Of a stretch of 64,000 nt of DNA, positions 9,747 to 18,114 are shown in pieces. Positions within the stretch are counted from its first letter, which is position 1. Every line of letters begins with the position of its first letter. Both the position numbers and the translations under genes were made by a program. Origin of the DNA: Treponemataceae bacterium (GTDB lineage: Bacteria; Spirochaetota; Spirochaetia; Treponematales; Rectinemataceae); assembly GCA_963667725.2 (NCBI GenBank), contig CAXXHO010000003.1, forward strand, positions 1,536,001-1,600,000, in the 5' to 3' direction. Under the pieces are notes generated by a model. That model was not told the origin of the DNA, searched no databases, and was given only the letters and a program-made list of their open reading frames with translations.

Positions 9747-11551
9747 AGTAATTCAGCCACCAGGCTCTCGAATTCTTCGGTCTGGCGCGTAAAGACAGAA
9801 AGCGCCGAAAGCCAGAATTCGGGTTTCTCGATATCGAATCCGGCCTTTTTCGTCACGTCCACCGCCGACGCCGTCCCCGTTTCGGCAAGGAGTTCCCTGT
9901 AGGAGCGCGCGAAGTCCGGGCCTTCCGCCTTGTAGCGCTCGTAGAGTCCCAGTCCGAAGAGCTGCCCGAAGGCATAGGGGAAGTTATAGAAGGAAAGCGA
10001 GGGAATGTAGTAATGCCCCTTCACCGCCCACATGTAGGGATGGAGCTTTTCAGGGTCCAGACCGTCGCCGTAGGTTCTGTTCTGGGCGTCCAGCATCATC
10101 GAACAGTATTGTTCCGAACTCAATTCGCCGGTCTTCCGCTGGGCGAAGATCGCTTTCTCGAAATAGAAACGCGAGAGGATATCGACGATGACCTGGCAGC
10201 CGTCCTGGAGATGCATCTCGACGAGGGGCAGGCGCTCGGCGGGGCTTGCGGAGGCGAGCGCGGCTTCCGACACGATGGTCTCGGCGAAGATGGAAGCGGT
10301 CTCGGCCAGGGTCATTGGGTATTGGGTGAGCGCGTAGGGTTTGTCGATGATGCACTCATGGTGCCAGGCGTGGCCAAGCTCGTGCGCCACCGTGCTCACC
10401 GAAGAAAAGCTTCCGTCGAAGTTACACAGCACGCGGGCCGCCTTGGCGCTGGGAAAATCGGTGCAGTATGCTCCCCCCACCTTTCCTTCCCTGGGCTGGG
10501 CGTCGATCCAGTTCGAGTCGAAGGCCCTGGCCGCGAAGGCGCCCATGGCCGGATCGAAGGAGGAGAATTTGTCGCGGACGAAATTTCGCGTCGCTTCCCA
10601 GCCGAAAGTTGGCAGCGGAACGCCTTTCTTCTCCACGGGCGCGAACAGGTCGAAGAAGGCGAGCCGGGGCTGGCCGAGGGCCTTGGCCTTGGCCTTGAGA
10701 TAGCGCCTCCAAGTAGGCAGCGAGGATTCCATCGCCGAGATCAGGGCGTCGAGGGTCGCCGCGCTGATGCGCGCTTGGGCCATGGATTTTTCCAGGGCAT
10801 CTTTCCAGCCGCGCCGGGCGTTGAGTGAATTCGTGGCGCCCTTAACGCCGTTGAGGGCGGCCGCCATGGGAATTTCGACCGATTTCCATGCCGCGAGCTC
10901 GAGGTTGTAGGCCTTTTCGCGCATGGTCCTGTCGGGATTGAAAGCCAAGTTCCGCAGCTCGATGACCGTCTTCTTCTCAGCCTTCGCTTCATCCCATACG
11001 ACGGAGGTATTCGAGCTCACCGATTCCTGGAGCCTGGACCAGGCGTCAGCGCCGCAGCGGCCTAGATCCTCGGCAAGGTCTTCAAGCTCGGGGGCCATCT
11101 GCCTGGACTGGAAAAACAGCTCTTCGCGGACATGGAAGGCATAGGGAGCCAGTTCAGGATCGTGAGCGAGCGCCGTTTCGAGGGCGTCTTTCCTAGCGGC
11201 GAGGGCGTTTTTGTATAGGACATCGGCTTTCTTGGCCGGAAGCATGAGTTCTTCGACGGCATTGAGTTCGGAAAGAGCGGCCTGATCGCGGGTCGCCGTG
11301 CTGAAACGCGCGTAGGCGTAGGCTGAAAGCGTTTCAAAGAGGGAACCCATCTCATCGTTGAGGGCCAGCGCTTTCCTGAGCCAAGCGGCGACGTCTTCGC
11401 CTGGAGCGACACTGGCGCTCACCTCGTAGAATCCGACGGCTTCCGCCGCGAGGGCCGAGGCCTTCGTCTTCGCGGCGCGATATTCGTCCGAATCGAAGCC
11501 CGGGAAAATCGGGGTCAAATCCCATGTGGGAAGTCTTTCAGATCCAGCCAT
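9743..11551 (-). CDS. pepF: Oligoendopeptidase F (M3B)
   Basis: WDL start, GKVGGAYC, HELGH (HExxH), LAETAS, FYNFPYAFG. Confidence 0.93.
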   Translation of the reverse strand: MAGSERLPTWDLTPIFPGFDSDEYRAAKTKASALAAEAVGFYEVSASVAPGEDVAAWLRKALALNDEMGSLFETLSAYAYARFSTATRDQAALSELNAVEELMLPAKKADVLYKNALAARKDALETALAHDPELAPYAFHVREELFFQSRQMAPELEDLAEDLGRCGADAWSRLQESVSSNTSVVWDEAKAEKKTVIELRNLAFNPDRTMREKAYNLELAAWKSVEIPMAAALNGVKGATNSLNARRGWKDALEKSMAQARISAATLDALISAMESSLPTWRRYLKAKAKALGQPRLAFFDLFAPVEKKGVPLPTFGWEATRNFVRDKFSSFDPAMGAFAARAFDSNWIDAQPREGKVGGAYCTDFPSAKAARVLCNFDGSFSSVSTVAHELGHAWHHECIIDKPYALTQYPMTLAETASIFAETIVSEAALASASPAERLPLVEMHLQDGCQVIVDILSRFYFEKAIFAQRKTGELSSEQYCSMMLDAQNRTYGDGLDPEKLHPYMWAVKGHYYIPSLSFYNFPYAFGQLFGLGLYERYKAEGPDFARSYRELLAETGTASAVDVTKKAGFDIEKPEFWLSALSVFTRQTEEFESLVAELL

Positions 11552-11987
11552 TGTTTCCGTCCTTCCAGCCGATGAGTTCCTCCGGCTTGAAAAATAATTT
11601 TATTTCCCGCCTCGCCGATTCGGGCGAATCAGAGGCATGGATGATATTGAGGTTCGTGTGCATGGCGAAGTCTCCCCTGATCGTGCCGGGAGCGGCTTCC
11701 TCGGGTTTGGTCGAACCGCAGAGTTTCCGCAGCAGGGCGATGGCATTGTCGCCCTCCAGGACCATGGCGACCACCGGTCCGGAACAGATGTAGTCCACGA
11801 GTTCGCCGAAGAAGGCTTTCGCTTTATGCTCGGCATAGTGTTCCTCGGCGAGCGTCCGGGGGATGCTCATGAGTTTCATGCCCACGATATCGAGGCCTTT
11901 GCGCTCGATCCGCGAGATTATCTCGCCCGCGATGCGACGCGAGAGGATTCCGGGCTTCAGCATGGTGAAAGTTCTTTCGATGGCCAT
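11538..11987 (-). CDS. ndk: Nucleoside diphosphate kinase
   Basis: ERTFTMLKP, HYAEH, SGPVVAM, PGTIRGDF, NIIHASDS. Confidence 0.97.
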   Translation of the reverse strand: MAIERTFTMLKPGILSRRIAGEIISRIERKGLDIVGMKLMSIPRTLAEEHYAEHKAKAFFGELVDYICSGPVVAMVLEGDNAIALLRKLCGSTKPEEAAPGTIRGDFAMHTNLNIIHASDSPESARREIKLFFKPEELIGWKDGNNGWI

Positions 11988-12099
11988 TGTCTCTCCTCCT
12001 CATCATCCTAGCATCCCCGGCCGAAAGATTCCAGAAAGAAAGGATTGGCTTCCCAAATAGTTGCCGCGCGGCCTCCGGCGCGGCATACTTAATCTATCG

Positions 12100-13176
12100 A
12101 TGAATATTGAATTCCATTACTATGCCCTGCACTATCTTTCCCGATGCGCGGGTTTCAACGAAAATGACGCCTCCACCATCGCCATCTCGAGCCAGATGGT
12201 CGACGAGTGCATCGCGCCCTGGGAGGTTTCTGGAAGGAACCCAGGCTCGAGTCCGGGAGGCAGCGCGGGATCGATTGCCGGGAGTGGCGCGAGATCGGCC
12301 GCAGGAAGCGGCGCCAGAGGCAGGCGGCTTACACAGGTTACGCAGAATTATGTGTTCTGGGACGAAACCGTGGCCAGGGATATTTACAGGCCTTTTCACT
12401 TCATACCCGGCGACGCGCGGCTGGCGTCGGCCAGACGAGTCGACGGCCGCGCGGGACGTTTCGTGGTGACGGAGGATTCGCCCCTATCGAGGGAGATTCT
12501 CATCGCGGCGCTGAAGACGAAGGATCTGTTCAGGATCGGCATCGCCCTGCATGCTTACGCCGACACATGGGCGCACCAGAATTTCTCGGGCGATTCGGAA
12601 GCGCAGAATGCCCTGGACCCCTCGTCGCCCATCCCGGCCGCCGGCCATCTGCACGCCCTGAAGAGTCCCGACGTGCCGCGGCTAGTCTGGCAGGATCAGC
12701 GCCTGAGAGAGGATTTTCGCGGCGTCAGCAACGCGGCGAGGTTCGCGAAGGCCGCGTCGATGATCTACCGCTTTCTGTGCACCTACAACCGGCGGAAATT
12801 CGACGACGAAGTTTTCGTGGTGGGCAGGCTTGAGGAATTGTGGAACGGCAGGGGGGCGGCAGGAGATAGCGCCGCCCGCGCGTCGGACTACATCGTGGAC
12901 TTCGACGTGCCGCCCTATGAGGGCGAAGCCTGGGCGAAGCGCGCGGGCGGCGCGGCCAACGGCATCCTCCAGGCGCCGGATCCCTACAGGTCAGGCTATG
13001 ACCGACTCGCCTGGCTGAAGAACGCGGCCACGAAAGCCTCCTCCGCCTTCGGATCGACGAGGGGACGCGTCCCGGAATCCGGCTTCGAGGATTCGGCATT
13101 CGCGTTTTGGAACAGGGCAGCGCGGGATCACCGGCGACTCTGCCGATCATTATTCGAGCAACGAGGTATCGCATGA
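12100..13176 (+). CDS. Conserved hypothetical protein (DUF6765-like, putative metal-dependent hydrolase)
   Basis: MNIEFHYY, SQMVD, FHFIPG, HAYADTWAHQNF, GH. Start placed at ATG 12100. Confidence 0.65.
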   Translation: MNIEFHYYALHYLSRCAGFNENDASTIAISSQMVDECIAPWEVSGRNPGSSPGGSAGSIAGSGARSAAGSGARGRRLTQVTQNYVFWDETVARDIYRPFHFIPGDARLASARRVDGRAGRFVVTEDSPLSREILIAALKTKDLFRIGIALHAYADTWAHQNFSGDSEAQNALDPSSPIPAAGHLHALKSPDVPRLVWQDQRLREDFRGVSNAARFAKAASMIYRFLCTYNRRKFDDEVFVVGRLEELWNGRGAAGDSAARASDYIVDFDVPPYEGEAWAKRAGGAANGILQAPDPYRSGYDRLAWLKNAATKASSAFGSTRGRVPESGFEDSAFAFWNRAARDHRRLCRSLFEQRGIA

Positions 13177-14207
13177 TTTTTTTCCACCGCCGACGTCTAA
13201 ATTCCATCTTTCCGCTAACGATCGCGCTAGCCATCGCCCTTCTCGCCGGCTGCGCGACGATTCCCGAGGAAGTGTACAAAACGGAACCCTCGACCCACCT
13301 GGAAGTCACCCCCCAAGTTTATATCCGGCTTTCGGGGAGAGCGCTGCGCGACATCACCCAAGGCATTGAAGACGAAGAAATGAACGCTATAGCCACCGCC
13401 ATTGCCAGGAATGGCGCGAATGGGGTTGGAGGAGCGGCTGACAGCCGATCTTCGGGCAAGAATTCCGCGACTAAGGTTGACACGTCCATGCTCGAGAATT
13501 TCGTCTATAGGACAAGAACCTTCGGAGCGGGCATCAGGGGAATCGGAACCGCTGCTCCAACCATGGAAGCGGTCTTCATCGGGGATTTCCCGGTCATCTC
13601 GGTAAGGCTGGCCATGGCCATGGATTCCAACTGGCGAAGAATGGATGATGGCGGCTACAAATCCGTCAACAATCCGATCTACATCAGACCCCTGCAGCCC
13701 GGCCTCATCCACGCGGCTACATCCGAAATCCCACCCTACGTGGGATACGTGGATATCGAAGCCTACCCGAAGAACTTCGCCGAACTCTCCCGATCGGACA
13801 TATTCATAGCCGCCAATTACCCATCGGCCTTTTTCGCCGGCTCCCTTCCCATGGAAGCGGCTTCCATTCCCATAGGCGCGATCGTCGTAACCGGACGCTT
13901 TTCGGACAAGACAGGCATGGCGGCCTATCAAGCTTCCCAAAAGGAAACCGGCGGCGCCCCCAAAGGCCCAGAACCCCGATACATCCTCGATATCCATATG
14001 CTGATGAAAGATGAGGCCACGGCGAAGGCCTATAAACCTGTTGTAAAGTTCCTTTGGACGGCGGCCGCCGGAAAACTGTTCCAGGGAAACGTGGATTTGA
14101 GCGCTTCGCCACTCACGCTGGAAAACGACAGTTATGTGGTGAGGAATATCGAGATGGACGCTACCGCGCTTCGATCGGTGCTCGTCACATCGCTTCTGGC
14201 TCCATGA
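13173..14207 (+). CDS. Hypothetical lipoprotein
   Basis: Signal peptide with lipobox LAGC; ATGA overlap with the upstream stop. Confidence 0.75.
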   Translation: MIFFHRRRLNSIFPLTIALAIALLAGCATIPEEVYKTEPSTHLEVTPQVYIRLSGRALRDITQGIEDEEMNAIATAIARNGANGVGGAADSRSSGKNSATKVDTSMLENFVYRTRTFGAGIRGIGTAAPTMEAVFIGDFPVISVRLAMAMDSNWRRMDDGGYKSVNNPIYIRPLQPGLIHAATSEIPPYVGYVDIEAYPKNFAELSRSDIFIAANYPSAFFAGSLPMEAASIPIGAIVVTGRFSDKTGMAAYQASQKETGGAPKGPEPRYILDIHMLMKDEATAKAYKPVVKFLWTAAAGKLFQGNVDLSASPLTLENDSYVVRNIEMDATALRSVLVTSLLAP

Positions 14208-14220
14208 GCGGTCAGGTGAA

Positions 14221-15642
14221 TCAATTGCCCTGGCTTCTCTCGTAAGGCAGCGATCCGGCGGGAGCCGGTTTTGCCTTGGCAAAAGCCGCCATGAGATCGA
14301 CAAGAGCCTGAGGCAGCGGATAGTCGGGATTCGTGAAGGAATCGTAGTTTTCCTTCTCCGTGTTCACCTGCTTGAGGGCGTAATTCATCGAAGGGATGAC
14401 GCGGGCGGCGGCCCCGGGCCTAGCGTCGAGGAGCCTCTCGAAGGCCGCCCGCGGCACCTGTAGATCGGCCGAACCGTAAATAAAGAGAACGGGCGCCCTC
14501 ACCTTGGCCAGTTCCGCCGCCGGGCTGAATCTCAGCCAGGAGGCCAGCCATCCGAGGCGGGGGCTCGCGAAAAAATCCGAAAGCGCGCCCGAGGGCGCTG
14601 GAAAGGACTTCCCGGCCAGCAGCGCCTCCACGATCGCCTCGGCCTCGGCCCTCGTCGCTTCATCGAGTTCGCCGAGGGAAGTCCTGAGATCTTCCAGCGG
14701 CTCCCGGCCCGAACTGTCCAAAACCAGAAGCCCGTCAATGACGAATCCTTCTTTCGACAGCAGGTTGGCCGCGGCCGCTCCCACCCATGCTCCCTCGTTC
14801 ATCCCCGCGACGACGATCCTGGAGAACCCATCCATGCCGCCGAGCAGCTTCAAAGCCTGGACGGCATCGAGGACATGTTCCGTCAGGCTTGCCGTCACGC
14901 CATGGCGCTCGAGCATGTACGACTCCCCAGAGCCCCGCTTGTCGTACCGGTAGGAAGCGACGCCCTTCGCCGCCAAGGCCCCTGCCAGCTTGGCCAGACT
15001 GTCCGATTTCCCGGGAACGTTGTAATTATTGCCGTTTCTGTCGGTCGTTCCGGCTCCCGCGAGGAGGAGGACGAGTGGCTCTTGCGGCTGACTGGATTCC
15101 GGCAGGAGCAGCGTGCCAGGAAGAAGGCCGTCCTCGGTGGGGATGGATAGGGCTGTCTCGTCCCGATCAGGCGCCGGGGCAGTCTTGGTAAGTTTGAAGG
15201 AACCTTTCCATGACGCGGATTTGGCCGTGCCGATGATAGCGCCGCCCGTGGCCGAGGCGTAGAATCCCTCGAAGACTAGCTCCTCATCGGGGCCGAGGGC
15301 ATCGAGGGAGAAATGAATTCTTCCTTCGCTCCAGCTCACATCGTCGAGAGGGTAGCCGAACATCGACTGTTCGGGAATGTCCATCAGGGCTCCCTGACCT
15401 TTCGCCAGGATTTTCAGCCTGAGGCTCGAGGCAAGAGAGCCCTGCCCTTCCTCTCCCCCCTGCCCCCCGATCCCCGCCGCGCCGGCTAGGGCGGCCTTGC
15501 GTATCGCAAGGCCGCCTTCCCATACTCCTTCTGAGATGCTTTTTTTCTGAGTGTCGGGCTCGGGGCTCAAGGCATGGGATGTCGGACCGCCCAAGGCGAA
15601 TGCCAGGAAGAAGACTATGGCTGTGGCAAAAATACGCTTCAT
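14221..15642 (-). CDS. Exported alpha/beta-hydrolase-fold protein with degenerate catalytic triad
   Basis: Signal peptide, LPGTLLLP, GAGTTDRNGN, RYDKRGSGES; nucleophile elbow reads GMNEG. Confidence 0.8.
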   Translation of the reverse strand: MKRIFATAIVFFLAFALGGPTSHALSPEPDTQKKSISEGVWEGGLAIRKAALAGAAGIGGQGGEEGQGSLASSLRLKILAKGQGALMDIPEQSMFGYPLDDVSWSEGRIHFSLDALGPDEELVFEGFYASATGGAIIGTAKSASWKGSFKLTKTAPAPDRDETALSIPTEDGLLPGTLLLPESSQPQEPLVLLLAGAGTTDRNGNNYNVPGKSDSLAKLAGALAAKGVASYRYDKRGSGESYMLERHGVTASLTEHVLDAVQALKLLGGMDGFSRIVVAGMNEGAWVGAAAANLLSKEGFVIDGLLVLDSSGREPLEDLRTSLGELDEATRAEAEAIVEALLAGKSFPAPSGALSDFFASPRLGWLASWLRFSPAAELAKVRAPVLFIYGSADLQVPRAAFERLLDARPGAAARVIPSMNYALKQVNTEKENYDSFTNPDYPLPQALVDLMAAFAKAKPAPAGSLPYERSQGN

Positions 15643-15653
15643 GATGACTCCGC

Positions 15654-16283
15654 CTAAGCTCTCAGGGCCTCCGAGAACCTTTCGTAGACGGAATCAGGAG
15701 ACCCCGAGCCGTCGATGGTCACAAGACGATCCAGGCTGCCGTACCATCGAATGAGCGGCTCGGTCTGGTCCCTGTAGGCCGCCAGTCTGGTCTTGATCGA
15801 CTCGTCGCGGTCGTCCGATCTGGTATACAGCAGGCCGCCGCACGCGTCACAGACGCCTTCTTTCACCGGAGGCAAATTGGAAATATGGTAGATCTTTCCG
15901 CAGTCCCTGCAGACTCTTCGTCCGGTGAGGCGAAACAGAATCATCTCGTCTTGGACATCGAAATTGACGACGAGATCCACCTTGTCGATCGATTGGAGCG
16001 CCTCGGCCTGTACGACAGTCCGGGGGAATCCGTCCAGAATCCAGCCATTCTTCGCGTCGGCCAGAGAAAGCCTCTCTTTCACGAGCGAGATCGTCAAGTC
16101 GTCCGGCACGAGACTGCCTTCCGCCAGTATGCTTTTCACTTTCTTGCCAAGCTCGGTCTCGTTCTTGATGGCCGCCCGGAAGAGATCGCCGGTGGATATA
16201 TGGGGAACACCCAGTTTTTTGGAAGCCATTGCCGCGAGTGTGCCCTTACCAGCCCCCGGAGGGCCCAAGAATACCATTTTCAT
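15654..16283 (-). CDS. adk: Adenylate kinase (Zn-LID type)
   Basis: GPPGAGKGT, HISTGDLFR, LDGFPRT, CRDC...CDAC, RSDD. Confidence 0.97.
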   Translation of the reverse strand: MKMVFLGPPGAGKGTLAAMASKKLGVPHISTGDLFRAAIKNETELGKKVKSILAEGSLVPDDLTISLVKERLSLADAKNGWILDGFPRTVVQAEALQSIDKVDLVVNFDVQDEMILFRLTGRRVCRDCGKIYHISNLPPVKEGVCDACGGLLYTRSDDRDESIKTRLAAYRDQTEPLIRWYGSLDRLVTIDGSGSPDSVYERFSEALRA

Positions 16284-16401
16284 GCCGAATACGCTCCAAT
16301 ATTGATTTCTATCGAACAAGAATATCCCTTGGAAAGGTTTAAGTAAACTGGCCTCGATCCGGCCGGAACGCGCGCTCCAGCAAGTTCGCGCTCCAGCGAG
16401 C

Positions 16402-17364
16402 TCAAGTTCTATCGAGCTTATGTTCCGGCCGGATGGACCAGGGCTGGTTCATGTTATAGCGGAATATTATCTCCAGTTTGTCCCGAATGCTCTCCGTCGG
16501 GAGAAAGAGCGTGATGGCGCGATTCCGGCGAAAATCGGTGCTTGAGGGCGTTCCGACCACGCTTCGGTCGAAATGGACCTCTATCCCCTGGTCCCTTATC
16601 TGCTTGAGATACGGCGCGGATTTTCCCTTTGCGTTTCTTCTCGCCACGTAGACGGAATGGCTGAACTCGACGCCCGAGAGCGAAGCCTGTTTTCGCCATA
16701 CGTTCAGGTCTTCCTCGATGAAGCGCGCCGCGATCGGGAGGACATCCGACCCTATGAGATGGGTCAGCTCCAGTTTCATGCCCGTGTGCATCGCTATGAA
16801 CCTGCGGATAATCTCTATCGTATCGGCGTCATTCCCGAGATCGAGGGGCAGAATGAAAGGTTCAAAAAGCCCGGCCAGCTGCATTTTAGCGATCTGGAAC
16901 CTGAAGGGGTAATCGGTTTTCTGGGGCTTGCCCGGATTGGACGAACCTTCGGGAACGACGATCATGATGTCGGAGCCGTTATGAGGGGAAGCGAGGAGTC
17001 TGAGCGCTATGGTGAGGTGCGTCAGCTGGAAGGGATCGAAGGAACCGATGTACATCGCCACCCGGGCGACGCCGTTGGGATAGCGCACGATTTTCGGATA
17101 ATCCCTCGTATCGAGGGGATGCATCTCACCCTTGCGCGCTTTTTCGTCTATATCGTAGAGCGCCTGGACGATGAGGTGTTCATAATATGAATAATCTTTG
17201 AGTTCGAGTGGTCCGATATAGCCCAGATGGGGAAGGGATTCGAATATCTTCTTCAGCCGCTTGGCGAGAAGATCAACTTTTTGGTTTGAAAATTTGGATG
17301 GCCACAGACAGGGAAAGCTGTAGGAAGAACCCGGCAAAGGCTCTTTTTTGTCTAGTTGATCCAT
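16402..17364 (-). CDS. Nucleotidyltransferase of the cytidylyltransferase superfamily (NadD-like), divergent motif
   Basis: MYIGSFDPFQLTH, VVP, LIGSD, PSST. Start at ATG 17364 is supported by AATACT 6 nt upstream. Confidence 0.7.
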   Translation of the reverse strand: MDQLDKKEPLPGSSYSFPCLWPSKFSNQKVDLLAKRLKKIFESLPHLGYIGPLELKDYSYYEHLIVQALYDIDEKARKGEMHPLDTRDYPKIVRYPNGVARVAMYIGSFDPFQLTHLTIALRLLASPHNGSDIMIVVPEGSSNPGKPQKTDYPFRFQIAKMQLAGLFEPFILPLDLGNDADTIEIIRRFIAMHTGMKLELTHLIGSDVLPIAARFIEEDLNVWRKQASLSGVEFSHSVYVARRNAKGKSAPYLKQIRDQGIEVHFDRSVVGTPSSTDFRRNRAITLFLPTESIRDKLEIIFRYNMNQPWSIRPEHKLDRT

Positions 17365-17505
17365 TGCTACAGTATTCAATGGAAAATACATTAATGCAAC
17401 AATTTTTGATTAAGATATTTAAATAATATTTTACCGATATAATTAACAATATATTACCTTCTCAAATATTTTTTATATTTATCTCTATTTATCTATATTT
17501 TTTTC

Positions 17506-17533
17506 TTGACAAACTGTTTAAGCGGCGCATACT
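17506..17533 (+). promoter_or_regulatory. Sigma-70 promoter of the hydrogenase operon
   Basis: TTGACA-16 nt-CATACT following an approximately 110-nt very AT-rich tract. Confidence 0.6.
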
Positions 17534-17598
17534 GCAATAATACAGGAACCAATGGTTGGCACAAGCTTGTACTTCGGTTCGATCGACAAGGAGGCTTT

Positions 17599-18114
17599 AT
17601 GCCATCGATCACCGTGAAACAGCCAAGTTCGGACATCGAGCGGATTGTTCACAACAACCTCGGAACTCCAGGGAGCCTGCTGAAAATTCTCGAGCAGGCC
17701 CAGGAAAACGATCCCAAACATTATCTGTCGGAAGAGACCCTCAAAAATGTCGCGCAACTCGTGGGAGCGCCGCTCTCGCAGGTTTACTCGATGGCGACAT
17801 TTTACTCTTTCTTCAACCTCAAGCCGCAGGGCAAGCACTCCATCGTCGTCTGCAGGGGAACGGCTTGCCATACCAGAGGCTCCCTCTCCCTTCTCAACGA
17901 AGCGCTGTCCCGCATGGGAATCCAAGGGTTCAAGGAAGAGGAGGAGAATTCGGCGACAAGCCCCGACAGCTTCGTCTCCATCAGGACGGTCGCCTGCTTT
18001 GGCCAGTGCGCCCTCGCCCCTGTCGTCATGATAGACGGGGTGGTGAAATCCAGGATGACCATCGGAAAACTGGTCTCCCTCCTCGATAAGCTCAAAAAAG
18101 GAGGCGACAAATGA
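17599..18114 (+). CDS. [FeFe]-hydrogenase NuoE-like [2Fe-2S] subunit (HydC/HndA)
   Basis: ATFYSFF, VCRGTACH, CFGQCALAP; AGGAGG RBS. Confidence 0.93.
   Translation: MPSITVKQPSSDIERIVHNNLGTPGSLLKILEQAQENDPKHYLSEETLKNVAQLVGAPLSQVYSMATFYSFFNLKPQGKHSIVVCRGTACHTRGSLSLLNEALSRMGIQGFKEEEENSATSPDSFVSIRTVACFGQCALAPVVMIDGVVKSRMTIGKLVSLLDKLKKGGDK

Noticed and set aside
17557..17572. TGGCACAAGCTTGTAC as a sigma-54 promoter for the hydrogenase
   Set aside because: No GC at the required spacing (10 nt after GG); a sigma-70 promoter is present just upstream.
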